A stretch of 64,000 bases of DNA, from NCBI RefSeq assembly GCF_006345805.1, contig NC_042997.1, forward strand, positions 104,532,001 through 104,596,000, written 5' to 3'. The notes beneath the pieces were generated by a model that was not told where the DNA came from, did no database searches, and was given only the letters and a program-made list of their open reading frames with translations. This DNA comes from Octopus sinensis. Lineage: Eukaryota. Made by a program: the position numbers and the translations under genes. This document shows, piece by piece, positions 1-12,998 of this stretch; position 1 is the first letter of the stretch; every line of letters starts with the position of its first letter.

Positions 1-58
1 TGTGGTGTGTGTGTATATCTATATCTATATCTATATCTCTCTCTCTCTATATATATAT

Positions 59-149
<91 letters not shown>

Positions 150-206
150 ATATATATATGTAGCTGTCATATGCTTCTCTCTATCCATCTCTCTCTCTCC
201 CTCTCA

Positions 207-257
<51 letters not shown>

Positions 258-260
258 TTC
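1..260. repeat. (TA)n/(TC)n/(TATC)n microsatellite block, representative of dozens of similar arrays across the window
   Basis: Direct dinucleotide periodicity; the overlapping ORFs are poly-YI artefacts. Confidence 0.98.
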
Positions 261-318
261 TAGTATTGATCTGTCTATCTATTCATCCATTAATCTATGT
301 TTTCACACACAGAGTAGA

Positions 319-382
319 CATAAATGGGTCCATACATAAATGGGTATATACATAAATGGGTATATACATAAATGGGTATATA
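319..382 (+). repeat. 16-bp minisatellite x4 (CATAAATGGGTATATA)
   Basis: Copies start at 319, 335, 351 and 367; the first has 2 substitutions. Confidence 0.9.
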
Positions 383-1139
383 CATATACATATTATTATA
401 CATACACATGTATGCATACGTATGCACATACAGATCCACACTAAATACATACGCCTCACGCAAATATATATAAGCACGTGTCTATATGCGGTATGTATGT
501 ATGTATAATGTATGTAAGTTTGTATGTATGTGTGTATGTATAAAGGTGTTTGTGTCTGAATGTATGAATGTATGAATGTATGTATGTACGGACGGACGGA
601 CAGAGAGAAAGAAACACAGAGTTGTCAGCCAAAAAAAAAATTACAAATAAGAGAGGAGGGACTAATATGTATTATTAGATTGTTCGCTCAGTAAAAAAAA
701 AAAAAAAATGAACAAACGAGAAGAAAAAAAAAGTAATACAGCAAAAAACAATAAAGAAAGCAAACGAAATATCTTGGCGTAACCGAAATAACACTAGTAA
801 GTATCGAATTAATAAGAAACAAACAAATTTCAGAAAAAAATATCACCCTCGTCGTCGTTTTCCCATCAAGCATAATGTAAACATCTCTGGTGTGATATAC
901 GAACCTCCGCCAGTCTGCTTCGTTTGACGACCGAGAAATGATGCTATCATTCAACTTACTGGTGAGAAATCAGTAAAAGTAAATAAAAATCTTCTAATTT
1001 TCTAACGACACACATAGAGTTTTTGTTCTACACACAGACACTGAGGTTTTGGGTGTGTATGCATGTTGGTACAAATTTATAGGCGGACATATATGGATAT
1101 GTATGTATATATACATCTATATATATGTATATATATATA

Positions 1140-1177
<38 letters not shown>

Positions 1178-1372
1178 TATATGTATATATATATATATAC
1201 ATATACATGGATATATATATATACATACATACACAGTTGTATATACATATTTTGTATCATATATATTTACTACAAATATATGTGCGCATACGTATAGCTA
1301 ATATATATGTTGCATCACTATCTTGCTATCAATCAATCAATCAATCAATCAATATATATTATATATATATAT

Positions 1373-1405
<33 letters not shown>

Positions 1406-1485
1406 ATATATATATATATATAAATAGACATATATATATGTATATATGTATATATATATATATGTATATATGTATATATGTATAA

Positions 1486-1524
<39 letters not shown>

Positions 1525-1724
1525 TGTATGCATGTCTGTCTCTATGTAAATATATCTATATCTGTATATCTATATACTTGTCCCGCCACCTCTCACATAT
1601 ACTACATAATTAAAAGTTATATATATATATAATATATATATATATTCATATATAATGTATGTATGCATACACACACACACACACACACATACATATATAT
1701 ATATATCCAGAAGACAACTTAATA

Positions 1725-1766
<42 letters not shown>

Positions 1767-2369
1767 TATATACATGTACATATATATGAGAGGTGGGGGT
1801 TTCTGGGTGTGTTACTTGTGCGATTGTTCTGCAATAATGTCTTTCCTTGTTATTTGCTGTGTGTAAGGGAGTGTACATATGCCTGTGTGTCTGTAGTGTA
1901 TATGCTTGTGTTAGTCTCTGCGTGTGAGTATGTATGTAAGTGGTTGTATGTGATGTTTTTTTTTTACATATATTAGAATTTCTGTATTGCTCTGTTGCTC
2001 TTTAGTCATATTTGTAATTGATATGCAATCACATATGTTAGACCGTGTATTTCCATCTATATATGTTCATATCTATGTGTGTTTATGTGTGTGTGTGTGT
2101 GTGTGAATGTACGTGTGTGTTGTCTGTTTGCGTGTGAACATGTGTTTGTGACTGTAAATTAGCTGAGTAGAAGTATATATCACTGTACTTGTGTAATGGT
2201 TTTTATTTATGTATTTACATATAAGTTGTATGTGATAGAATGTGAAATTTTGTTCTGCTATTTTCTGTTTTTCATTGGAATCTAACAAACGTACATAGCA
2301 CTACTCTTTTAAAAATTTTGTAGCAAAAGAATATGTAAATATTTATCGGCATGTGTGTATGCACAATAT

Positions 2370-2780
<411 letters not shown>

Positions 2781-2805
2781 ATATTCTTTTATTCTTTAAT
2801 TCTAT

Positions 2806-3028
2806 TATTTCAATCATTTGACTGAGGCTATTCTGGAGCACCGCCTTAAAGGGGTTCTTAGTAGAAGAAGTGGAATCTAGGACTTATATTTTGTAAGCAC
2901 ACCAATTATTCAATCGTTATCTCTTACCGAACCGCTAAGTTACAGGGACGCTATCACAACAACATCGGTTGTCAAGCGATGGTGGGGAGAAAAATACAGA
3001 CATAAAAATACTGATTCAATATATATAA

Positions 3029-3084
<56 letters not shown>

Positions 3085-3235
3085 GGCGGGTTTCTTTCAG
3101 TTTCCATCACTTACATGGCTTTAGTTGGTCAGAGGCTATAGGAGAAGACACATGACCAAGATGCCACGCAGTGGGACTGAATCTGGAATCATGTGGTTAG
3201 GAAGCAAGCGTCTTACCACACAGCCACACCTACGC
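2806..3235 (-). mobile_element. tRNA-headed SINE family A, near full length, internal (TA)n expansion
   Basis: Matches copies at 39670, 49505 and 62760; A/B-box-like head (TGGCTGTGTGG...GTTCAGTCCC) and tail ending TGACTGAAACAAGTAAAAGA. Confidence 0.85.
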
Positions 3236-3855
3236 CTGTATATATGCTATATATGCGACTGTATATATACGTGTGTGTGTGTGTATGTGTGTGTGTGTGT
3301 GTGTGTATAGGTCTATCCATATAGCGACAGTATATAACCTATACATAGTGGAAATGTTAATGTTTAATACAACCTTCCACGCACAGGTTTCTTTGTGCCT
3401 CTTTGATTCTCTTTCTTTGTCTCTCTTTAACCTTCTCTCTCTCTCTCTCTTTAACCTTCTCTCTCTCTCTCTTTCTATTTCTCTTTCATTAATTAATCAA
3501 ATCCGAAGCATATACATATATATATATGGAAGTATATATATATAATGCGATTGTGCGTGCTTGTCTGTAAAACGATGTGGACGTGGGTGTAAATGTAGTT
3601 ATGTGAGCGTGTCTATTTGTATAAACGCATGTAAGTGTTAAAAAACGAATACTGAATTCATTGACTTAACCTTCTCAAGTGGAATTTTAAACATTAAGTA
3701 ATGTTTTGGTTACTCGACTGATAAGATGGCGGGTACAAAATTAACAACAGGCCAAAACGATAACAGCCACTACAATAACACTAACAATAAGTCAAGCAAA
3801 TAAAATCTAAAAATAAATATATACGTGCCTGGTGTGTGTGGGAGTGTGTTGTGTG

Positions 3856-3922
<67 letters not shown>

Positions 3923-4023
3923 CATTTCTATGTATATATGTGCGTGTGTATATGTATAAGCACACATAATACATACATATATATGTATACATATGTGTAT
4001 ATATATATATATTTATATATATA

Positions 4024-4055
<32 letters not shown>

Positions 4056-4470
4056 ACATATATATATGTATCATATATCATATATATAAACATATACACA
4101 TATATATTTATATATATATGTATATGTACACATATACATATACATATAAATATACATAGATATATACATATATACATACACGCACACACACGCATACATG
4201 GAATTATATTAAGATAAGTTTGTGTTTTCATAGAATCTAAATATTGACACAGAATACATTTAGCCACAAATCCTGGTGTACTGGTTATTGTAGTCATATC
4301 TGAGATTGAAAGCAAAGCAGAGTTTTTATCTCTTTGTCTACGATGTAGATATAGGCGTTTAAGTCTCCTTAAATTCCAAAAGAGTTTCTTATTTTTCCCA
4401 TCGTTTTATTACTAAATTTATTTTTGAGGGAACATGTACTTGTCTATCCACATTCACACACGCACACATA

Positions 4471-5810
4471 CAGGGTGGAGCAGAGAGAGGACTGACGTTT
4501 GTGTAAAATTCACAAAATCATAAAATGTTGCTGCAAGCAAATTTTATTGACATCAGCGTGTTCGTATTGAATAAGCACTTGTGAAAATCAACTGTGGACA
4601 AGAACATCCATCATGTAGTGTCCGTCTTCATTGATGCATTTGTGAAGGCATTCTTGGAACTTGATTCCCACTCTCTTCTGCATTGCTTTGTCAATTTGGA
4701 CGACTTCCACGCGAATAGCTTCCTTCTAATAATCTAATGTACGAGGGTTATAAGCATACACAAGTGCCTTGAAGTTTCCCCACAAGAAATAATCACATAT
4801 GGACAAATCAGGGGACCGAGGGGGAGAAAGGAACGTCAGCAAACCTGGAAATGAGGCGGTCACCGAAGAGAGAGCGAGGAACTTCTATTGATGCTCTGTG
4901 TGTGTGGGTCGTTGCCCCATCCTGCTGACACCACACACATCGAATAAGCATACGTTTTCGTCGTAATTAAGGCACAAAGAAGTTGTTTCATTTCGATGTA
5001 ACGCTCGGAGTTCACAGTAACAGCATTTCCATTATTGTCTTCAAAAAATGAAGGATCTATGATGGCTGCTTTTCCAGCAGCACACCAGACCGTCACCTTT
5101 GGGTTGTGCAGTAGTCTTTTGTACAGTTCTCTCGGATTTTCAAGAACCCTATAATGACAGTCTTGTTGGTTCCCCATGCCACTGATATGAAAATGAGCTT
5201 TACCACTCATTAACAAAATGAGGTTTTCATTTGCCTCAAAAATTGCTTCCACCTGACGTGCGAAGTTAAGCCGCTGTGCATAGTCCCATGGTTTCAACTG
5301 TTGCCCAATTACCAATTTGTACGGGTGGAAATGCAGGTCTTCATACAAAATACACCTTACCGATCGATTATTGATGCTAAGTTCAGTAGAATGCCTGCGA
5401 GCAGAGCGATTCGGACTCCGTATCAAAGTTTGTCTGACGCGTTCCACATTTTCCGGGATCCGTACCGTTCGTGGCGCCCCCACCAATCTACCATTCATCA
5501 ACGTATCTTGTGTACGAAGTACATTCACCCAACGTAAGATTGTGTTACGGGTGGGAACAGTCTGATTTCAGTGAATGTTGAAGTGGCGCCGAAACTCACA
5601 CTGAACAGCTGTGACAGACTCATTATTCTTCACGTAACTGTCATAGGCAAACACGCGATGCTCTATCGTCTACAGCGCCAAAGCTTCACCTAAAAAGAAA
5701 AAAAGTACTAAGACACCACGGATCGAAGGGTACCTGTCGGACATATGTCCCTCCCACTGGGTCTGAATAATAGCCATTTCGAAAACGTCCGTCCTTACTG
5801 CCCCAACTTG
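4471..5810 (-). mobile_element. Full-length decayed Tc1/mariner transposon, rosa/DD41D type
   Basis: Degenerate TIRs CAGGGTGGAGCAGAGAGAGGACTGACGTTT / CAAGTTGGGGCAGTAAGGACGGACGTTT(rc), preceded by TA; disrupted transposase inside. Confidence 0.9.
4588..5681 (-). pseudogene. DD41D transposase pseudogene
   Basis: Read across stops and frameshifts: EHRVFAYD...PRTVRIPENVERVRQ...DLHFHPYK...AHFH...KVTVWC...VTVNSERY...QQDGAT...SPDLSICDYFLWG; 41 residues between the last two D after repairing one frameshift. Confidence 0.9.
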
Positions 5811-5857
5811 TGTATGTTGAACATATATTAGAAATATAGTGATTTAAGATACATTAT

Positions 5858-6086
5858 GCGGATTCTCTGGGATGCATCGTCGAAGATGCTTTGCGGCTTC
5901 AGTGGGACTTCGGGTCTTTCTGCATCAGTCGCCCTCGCCCATTTGACTCAACCAGAATTGATCAAGTTCCGGCTTGCCTATCGATAACAAAAGACCTTTG
6001 TCTGGTCTTTTTACCTGAAGCCACCGAGAAGCCTTCTCTGTAGGGTCAATAATCGATTTTAATACCCTCTTATGTGCTGCACCATG
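5858..6086 (-). mobile_element. 3' end of an RLE-type non-LTR retrotransposon, HERO-like
   Basis: C-terminal peptide HKRVLKSIIDPTEKASRWL plus 3' UTR GGGCGAGGGCGACTGATGCAGAAAGACCCGAA, resembling HERO 3' ends as recalled; not database-checked. Confidence 0.55.
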
Positions 6087-6132
6087 CGTAATTATATATG
6101 TATGTGTGTATGTATCCATATATGTATGAATG

Positions 6133-6185
<53 letters not shown>

Positions 6186-6834
6186 CACGAGCTAGACTGC
6201 ATCAATATAGAACTCATAGCAACTTAAATTACTCCGTGCTTTTTTTTCAAAAGGCATATATCCAAAGTAAAATGTGCATCGGGTTTCGCGAAGCACTCAT
6301 CAGAATCTACTTTATTTCTTATAAAAGTACCATCGTCACCTGATAAATGCAAAATCCCGTAATTAAAGAATACTAGTAGAACCACTGTCACTATCATCAC
6401 TTCTTCCACAGCAGCAGACAACAGCCAACTTGAAAGCAATTTGTTGAACAACTACCGACTTAACCAATACTGCCATTTCTACTGCAACAGTGAGATCCTT
6501 CACCACGGAAGGCATTAACAACAGCAAATCCCACAAATATCAAAACTTGTAGCGAGATATTTTAATCAAGAGAATATTCTTACTAATGCAGCTCTAGTCA
6601 CGGGAAGCTTAGAGCTGAAAATGAAATACTTTAAGAAGGAAAATAATTTCTCAAAATAACTGAATGAAGGGTAAATTTAGCAGTGCCCTGTCATGCAATC
6701 GACCAATATAATCGATGTTGTGGGACTTAAAATTACAGTGGCTTTAAAAGTTGTCAGATTGAAAGCCCACCACAAAGGGTTTAGAGTCTCATTGTTTGGA
6801 GCCAGAGTGGAAACAGAACGTTGACGCGCAGAAA

Positions 6835-7640
6835 ATCTTATCAATCTGCTGTATCCTAGGTACTTCTTTCCGTATTATTTCTCAGCAAACAAATGATAAC
6901 CTCTTGTGCTAATTGTATGACATCAAATTGAATCTTTCGACCTTTCTTCATAATTACACACACATTTCTTTAGCCCAAAGTGCTTTCAATTATCCATGTT
7001 AAATATTCTTACTGATTATATCAGAGAATTCAGGTAGTTTTTACTTTTCGTATACAGCAGGAGATTTATTTTCACTCTGGATTAGGAAGATCTGAATTTT
7101 CTCAGTGTGCTTGTCAAAGGGATTAGTGAAGTTACGAAAATTAATAGAGCGATCAAGTCTACCTGGAATATCCCCTTTGGATTTTCACATTTCCAACTGA
7201 TTCATTTCGGTAATTTACTTCCACTTTTCAGGATCAATTTGCTTTTTCTAACTGTTAATCTTTGCATCGACCCAGAGTATTCTCAGATGCTCCTTGAGTC
7301 AACAATGTGGACCAAATCGTTGGCTTTCTTGTAATCTCTCCAACCAGAGAATAGTTCTTCGTTCTTATTTATACCTTACTTAATTTCATCATCTTAATCA
7401 ATAACCAACAGATAAGTAGCTCTTCTTGATCTTCTGCATTCCTTTGTTCCTCCAGTAATAGATTTTGTGTCTCCAGGAAGTTATAAAATTCATCTGTTAT
7501 GAGATTAGTTAATAATTTCCTGAGTGATGGTAAATAATTAAGGAATGGGCTAATAATTTTTTTTACTTACCCATACGTTTTTTATCCCTTTGTATCAGTA
7601 CTGAATTTTATCTTGCCATTCATAGTAGTCTTCCGGCATG
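6835..7640 (-). mobile_element. Old R4/Dong-like LINE reverse-transcriptase fragment
   Basis: RT motifs across frameshifts: LRKLLTNLI, LLLEEQR, WRDYKKANDLVH, KGIFQVDLIALLIFVTSLIPLT, FGLKKC, KYLG. Confidence 0.8.
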
Positions 7641-9096
7641 AAATAAAAAGAAAATAAAAGTCATGAGAAAGGGGTGAGGAGAATGTGTGAGAACTGTTCG
7701 TCAAAAAATTTTGTATATATATCCAATGGAACTCTGCTAGCATTTTGTTAGCCTCCCCTCCTCCCAAGGTGGGGCGCTAATAACTTATATATTTGTCTTC
7801 ATGTATTTTAACGATTAAAAGTTCAGTAGTGTCATAATATTTCCTGAGAATTTCTACTTTAAATTCGGCAAAGTTATAGGCATTTGTAGTGAAAAGTTCG
7901 GCAAATTCTGTCAAAGACGTGTTATTGTACTTGACACTATACGTATGCCCATAAAATATTTTGCTTAATTCTTCTGTTGAGCGAACAATATAAACTGCAT
8001 TCAGCTGATGATACCAAATGAGAATCGTTACAGCACACAACTTCTGTATAAATGCGGCTGTTTTTAGGGATACAAATTTCAGAAATATCGGTGGGATTTT
8101 TTCATCAAGATCAGATGTATTAGTTAATATCTTTTACGTCAGTTTTTTTTCTTTATAACCAAAGGCAACAATAGCCGACCGAGGAAGCAGATTTTTAAAA
8201 GGAGATTATTTTTTAGAAATATGTTGATAATTGTAATATAATACTATTGAAATGCAAGTGAATGTTTTAGTAAAATAACCACTTAATAGCCATTTAGCCA
8301 TTTATGTATCATAATTATCGTAAGTGCGACTTTGAAAAGCAAATTTACGGCAGAATTCGTCCATAGACGTACCTTGAAAAGAAAACTTACTGCGGTATTT
8401 GTCATGGATGTACTTTGTTTAAAAACAAAATATATATCATACTGACACGAAATCAACAAGGCTACGACTAGTGAAAAAGCCAGATGCATTTCAGCCTCAT
8501 TGAGCTAAATAAAAGCGTGTACTCCCAGCCAAACACATGCTTATACGAAAGTTGTCGGCACCACTATATAATGCAGACTGATTAAACACACACTGATGTT
8601 GTGAACAGATGTCCGTCTAAAGAAAAAATACGTTATATGCAACTAACGTAGCATTAGATTGGGAATATCTGCTATTGACAGTGCTCAATGATGCAGAAAT
8701 ACATTTAACTTTCTCACACGTCTCTGCTGAAGCGATTCTCGTCTCTTTCCAACATGTACTGTTTGTTTAAACACGTTACGTCCTTAAGAGATATATCAGA
8801 ACAAGTACTGCAATAAATTGCATTTCAACGATGTATTTACATTGTTGCACGATACATAAATGACATTGTAAATCTAATATTCATGCTGTTGCATATAACA
8901 GACTCATATCCATGTATATACAAAAGCATATATAAGTATATATATATATGTGTGTGTGTGTGTATATATATATATAGACATATATATAGCTCTCTCTCTC
9001 TCTCTCTCTGTATATATATATATATATATATAATGAAAGAAGGAAAATGTACTCACTTTAGATAATTTTAATATAATTTTTAGCATAATTTATATG

Positions 9097-9127
9097 GTCG
9101 ACCGGTTTCACTTTCGCTAATCATGAC
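9097..9127 (-). ncRNA. Degenerate minimal hammerhead motif
   Basis: GUC-[AUGAUUA]-GC GAAA GU-GAAA-CCGG-UC-GAC; stems intact, two core substitutions. Confidence 0.35.
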
Positions 9128-9394
9128 ATTGAAACTATTGAAGAAGATTTTAGTCCATGTTTAATGAAAGCGAAAGCGGTAGACAAACATGATTTTTGCA
9201 TTACAACTCACCACATGGAGAAAATTTTCCCCTTTTGTTACTACTTTATATATGTATATGTGTGTATATTTATATATATATATATATATACTTGTATGTG
9301 TGTTCTCACTAGCACCGTCTGTCACTATACTTGTTGCGTCTTGGTGTGTGTGTGTGTGTCTGTGTAAATGTACTATAATTATCAAATGAGCTAG

Positions 9395-9580
9395 TGATTT
9401 TGTAACCCCAAGAGGACAATTCCTCTAGTTGGTTAACGATGCACACCTGCATCCTATAGACTACGAGCAGGGAAGCAAACCCCTACCATCTTCTAACGAC
9501 AGGAACAGTAAGCCAGCTTGTTTCGGGCTAATTTCTGCCCATCTCAGTACTGGACACCTCGTCTGCTAGAGATGGCAGTA
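9395..9580 (+). mobile_element. Unclassified interspersed repeat, family X
   Basis: Similar to three copies at 54690-55545 (CCCCAAGAGGACA...GGTTAACGATGCACA...GGGCTATTTCTG...GACACCTC). Confidence 0.75.
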
Positions 9581-10202
9581 ACTTAACATAATTATATAAT
9601 ATACATTATATGAGCGTTGTAAAAATGAAGAAGGGGAAAGGGAGAAAGCAGAAGACTCCTCACATTGCAGTAGGTTTTATAAAACATTTATAAAGGAACC
9701 TACATAACTAGACATTTCCAGGCTGTTTTCCTCTTGAAGATGGGTTCATGAACCTGAACTACTAACGTTTTCTAAAATATAGGTATTGTTAGAAGTTTTC
9801 TATTTTCTCCTTTTAAGTTACATATAATATATTTTAAAATCTCAGTCTCTACGTGGTTCAGCTTAGTGTTTCTCATTGCGCGAAGGAGAAATATCGGGTA
9901 TGAGCCCACCTCAACGTTATTCTCATTTATTTAATTTCTAGCTTTAAGTGGATTTCAAACTAGACAAAGTTAATAAGAAATCACACTATTCATTAAATTT
10001 TATGTGCGTGCTTGCGCGTGTGTTTGTGTGTGCGTGCGTGCAAGCGCCTGCGAGTGTGTGTATGTGTGTATGGGATGAAATACAGGGTGAGACAGAAATA
10101 TAGCAATGAATATCTACACACAAAGCATACATATATTTATATATATATATATATTTAAGTTCACAATTATGAGCTTATGAGTGTATGAGCAAACATACAT
10201 GC

Positions 10203-10295
<93 letters not shown>

Positions 10296-10302
10296 ATACA
10301 TA

Positions 10303-10336
<34 letters not shown>

Positions 10337-10768
10337 CATACATATATATATGGGGGGAGGGGAGAGAGAGAGTGAGAGAGAGAAACGGTCCGACTAACAG
10401 ATACAGATGTGTACACTCAATAGGGAACACAATACACTCTCACACACATATGTATATGCATATATATAAATAAGTGTGCGCGCGCGCGCGTGTGTGTGTG
10501 TGTTTAAAAACAATAGCTCCATCGAAATGACTACGACTGAAGAAATAAATCTAACGATAATAGGTGGGGGAGCCATACATGGAACGACAACCAAAGTGAT
10601 GACAAGTTGTCATTGTTAATTATAATAGTTGTTATCTTATTTACATGTGCGCTAACAGAAATTGAAATAATGTTAATGAACAGAGAATGTATTAAGTTGC
10701 ATATTACATGAATTAGCTGAGAGTTTACATGTACTAACGTTTACAAAACTGAAAGAATTCTTTTTCTT

Positions 10769-10829
<61 letters not shown>

Positions 10830-10906
10830 TAATATATATATATATATTATATAATTATTATATTATTATTACTATTATTATTATTATTGTTGTTGTTGTT
10901 GTTATT

Positions 10907-12086
10907 AATGTTTATTGTCTAACGCTTGAGATACACTACGGTGCCAACTGTTCACTACCAATGAACTAAGATAACACCCCTTATTTTTCGAACGCTATCT
11001 GGAGTATTCGGGCTGTTCCAAGCAGTGCTGTTTTCTGCAAGTGCTCAATCCTTATTGCAGCCCCTATTTTTTCCATGTACTGCTCAAGATTATTACTTAC
11101 TGTTCCCAGGACTCCGACAATTATTGGTACTACTACCATCTTTTTCAGCGATCACAACTACATAACCTCCCAAGCTAAACTGTCACGCCTATCGACTTTT
11201 CTTTCTTCCTTATCGCATACTTTGCGGTCAGCTGGGCATGCTATATCTTCGATTCAGTATTGTTTGCTTTCTTTCTCAATTTCTCTGTTTCCTATTCTCT
11301 ATCTCATGGTGGCACTGAATCATAAAATCCCATAGGACCTTTGCATTATCATTTTCAATGATGCTTTCGGGTTTATGTTTTTAACACTTTTTTGCTCTGT
11401 CAACTCCATACTTGCTGCAAAGTGTCCAATGGACAATACTTGCTATATTGTCATGACGTCTCTTATATTCTTTCTGGGCTAGTGGCGTACATTGTGTGGT
11501 AATATGCCATACGGTTTCACAGTTTTGGCCACAAATTTTGCAATTATCACCTTCTAGTGTGTTGTCTATGCTGTATCTGATGTAGTTGGTTCTTAGTGCT
11601 TACTCTTGGGCAGCACAGATTAGAACCTCCATTTCCGGTTTTAAATCCCTTTTAGTTATCAATAGACATCTTTTTTCTCTGTCTTATCTTCAAAATCCCT
11701 ATGAAATTGTCCCTGCATTCTTTTCATTACCCACCTATTTTCAGTTTCATTCATTCTCAAGTGCTTGTACAGTGCAATCTTCAATCCTACACAAGCCTGA
11801 CCTTCTTACTTCCAATAATAGTGGTTCTGTGGAATTTTTTTTTACATATTATGTTATGTTATTTCCTTCTGCTCTAACGTTATGTTCGCATCCAATCAGT
11901 CCTCTTTCCCCTCTTTTTCTTGGTACATACAGTCTGTCTGTGTCACCTTTTGGATGAAGTATCCCATATCTAGTCAGCACCTTCCTTGTCTTTCTGTCTA
12001 AGCAGTTTAGTTCGTCTACTATCCATGCGATTACCCCCGCTCCATATCTAAGTAGTGAAACCGCCCAGGTGTTGATAGCTTCAACC
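10907..12086 (-). mobile_element. 5'-truncated R4/Dong-like LINE, subfamily 1: RT thumb, CCHC knuckle, restriction-like endonuclease
   Basis: LDRKTRKVLT...LHPKGDTDRLYVPRKRGERGL; CKICGQNCETVWHITTQC; RRHD; LWDFMIQ; PIIVGVLG; LLGTARIL; triplet arrays on both sides. Confidence 0.92.
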
Positions 12087-12200
12087 ATCATCATCATTAT
12101 TATTGTTGTTGTTGTTGTTGTTGTTGTTGTTCTTCTTCTTCTTCTTCTTCTTCTTCTTCTTCTTCTTCTTCTTCTTCTTCTTCTTCTTCTTTTCTTCTTC

Positions 12201-12232
<32 letters not shown>
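12087..12232. repeat. Compound triplet array (CAT)-(TAT)-(GTT)-(CTT)-(TAT)
   Basis: Direct periodicity. Confidence 0.95.
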
Positions 12233-12774
12233 GAGTGAGCGAGCAGAGCATGCCATCAAAGTGACACTGGGGTAAAATATACGAAGCCCAGTATACCCAT
12301 CATGACTACCTGTCTGATAAGCGTACACCAGGCACATGCATCACAACCATATGTGCGCGACATGGTGATCTCATATCAAGATAAACAGCACATGACCTTG
12401 CAGGTGGGGCCCAGTTAGAATTTTCTTCAGATCGAGTAACCCATCCCGCTCAAAAGGTCCCTGAATAAGGGTTGTTTAAGGACGAACGAAACACCCATGT
12501 TTCCAGAGGTGAATTATTCAAACCCCAAAGAATCCTTCTCAACACATGGCTATGATGCTCCCCCGCTACTTCTGCTCGTGATCAGAGATGCACATATCCT
12601 CAGCCACTAAGGGACATGCTCAACTGGTTAAGGTCAAACAACTGACAAGCAAATCTGTGGTATTGAGCAGAATATTTGCTGTAGCCCATCTTTTATACCA
12701 AGACAAAACAATGTACATGATAACACTTCCAATCAGTTAAGATCAGAAGCCATGAGAGCCACTGCCTGGTACTG

Positions 12775-12776
<2 letters not shown>
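12233..12776 (-). mobile_element. 544-bp ORF-less element ending in (AAT)n and flanked by (AAT)n on both sides
   Basis: Second copy at 61998-62416 with the same 3' junction ...CTCACTC(AAT)n; no long ORF. Confidence 0.8.
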
Positions 12777-12848
<72 letters not shown>

Positions 12849-12921
12849 TATTTGAAAAAGATATCTTAGAATTTGTAGGATTAAGTTGGATCCGTTAATA
12901 ATAATAATAAAAAGAAAAATA

Positions 12922-12998
12922 GCCTGAGGAACACTGGTGGATTTATGTATTCGGTATAACCTGGTAAAACAAACCACCAGGGCAGAAACACGTGTAGC
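12922..12998 (+). ncRNA. Type-I hammerhead-like motif with long helix II, probably from a Penelope-like element
   Basis: CUGAGGA 12924-30; CUGGUGG/CCACCAG stem; GAAAC 12985-89; palindrome ACACGUGU; GUA site. Confidence 0.55.

Noticed and set aside
225-240. Single AA/TT register flips inside many long (TA)n arrays throughout the window
   Set aside because: Most simply explained by 1-bp indel errors in long-read consensus or by slippage; needs raw reads before any biological reading
834-961. Exon-like island with splice signals on both strands
   Set aside because: The plus strand has stops in all frames; the minus-strand acceptor overlaps a GTAAGT and the donor is weak
6283-6303. CUGAUGA-GUGCUUCGC-GAAAC on the minus strand
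   Set aside because: No closing GUH or helix I; about one such word pair is expected by chance in this length
6224-6341. Minus-strand exon candidate GDDGTFIRNKVDSDECFAKPDAHF
   Set aside because: Weak donor, phase does not follow the 24880 exon, no recognisable homology
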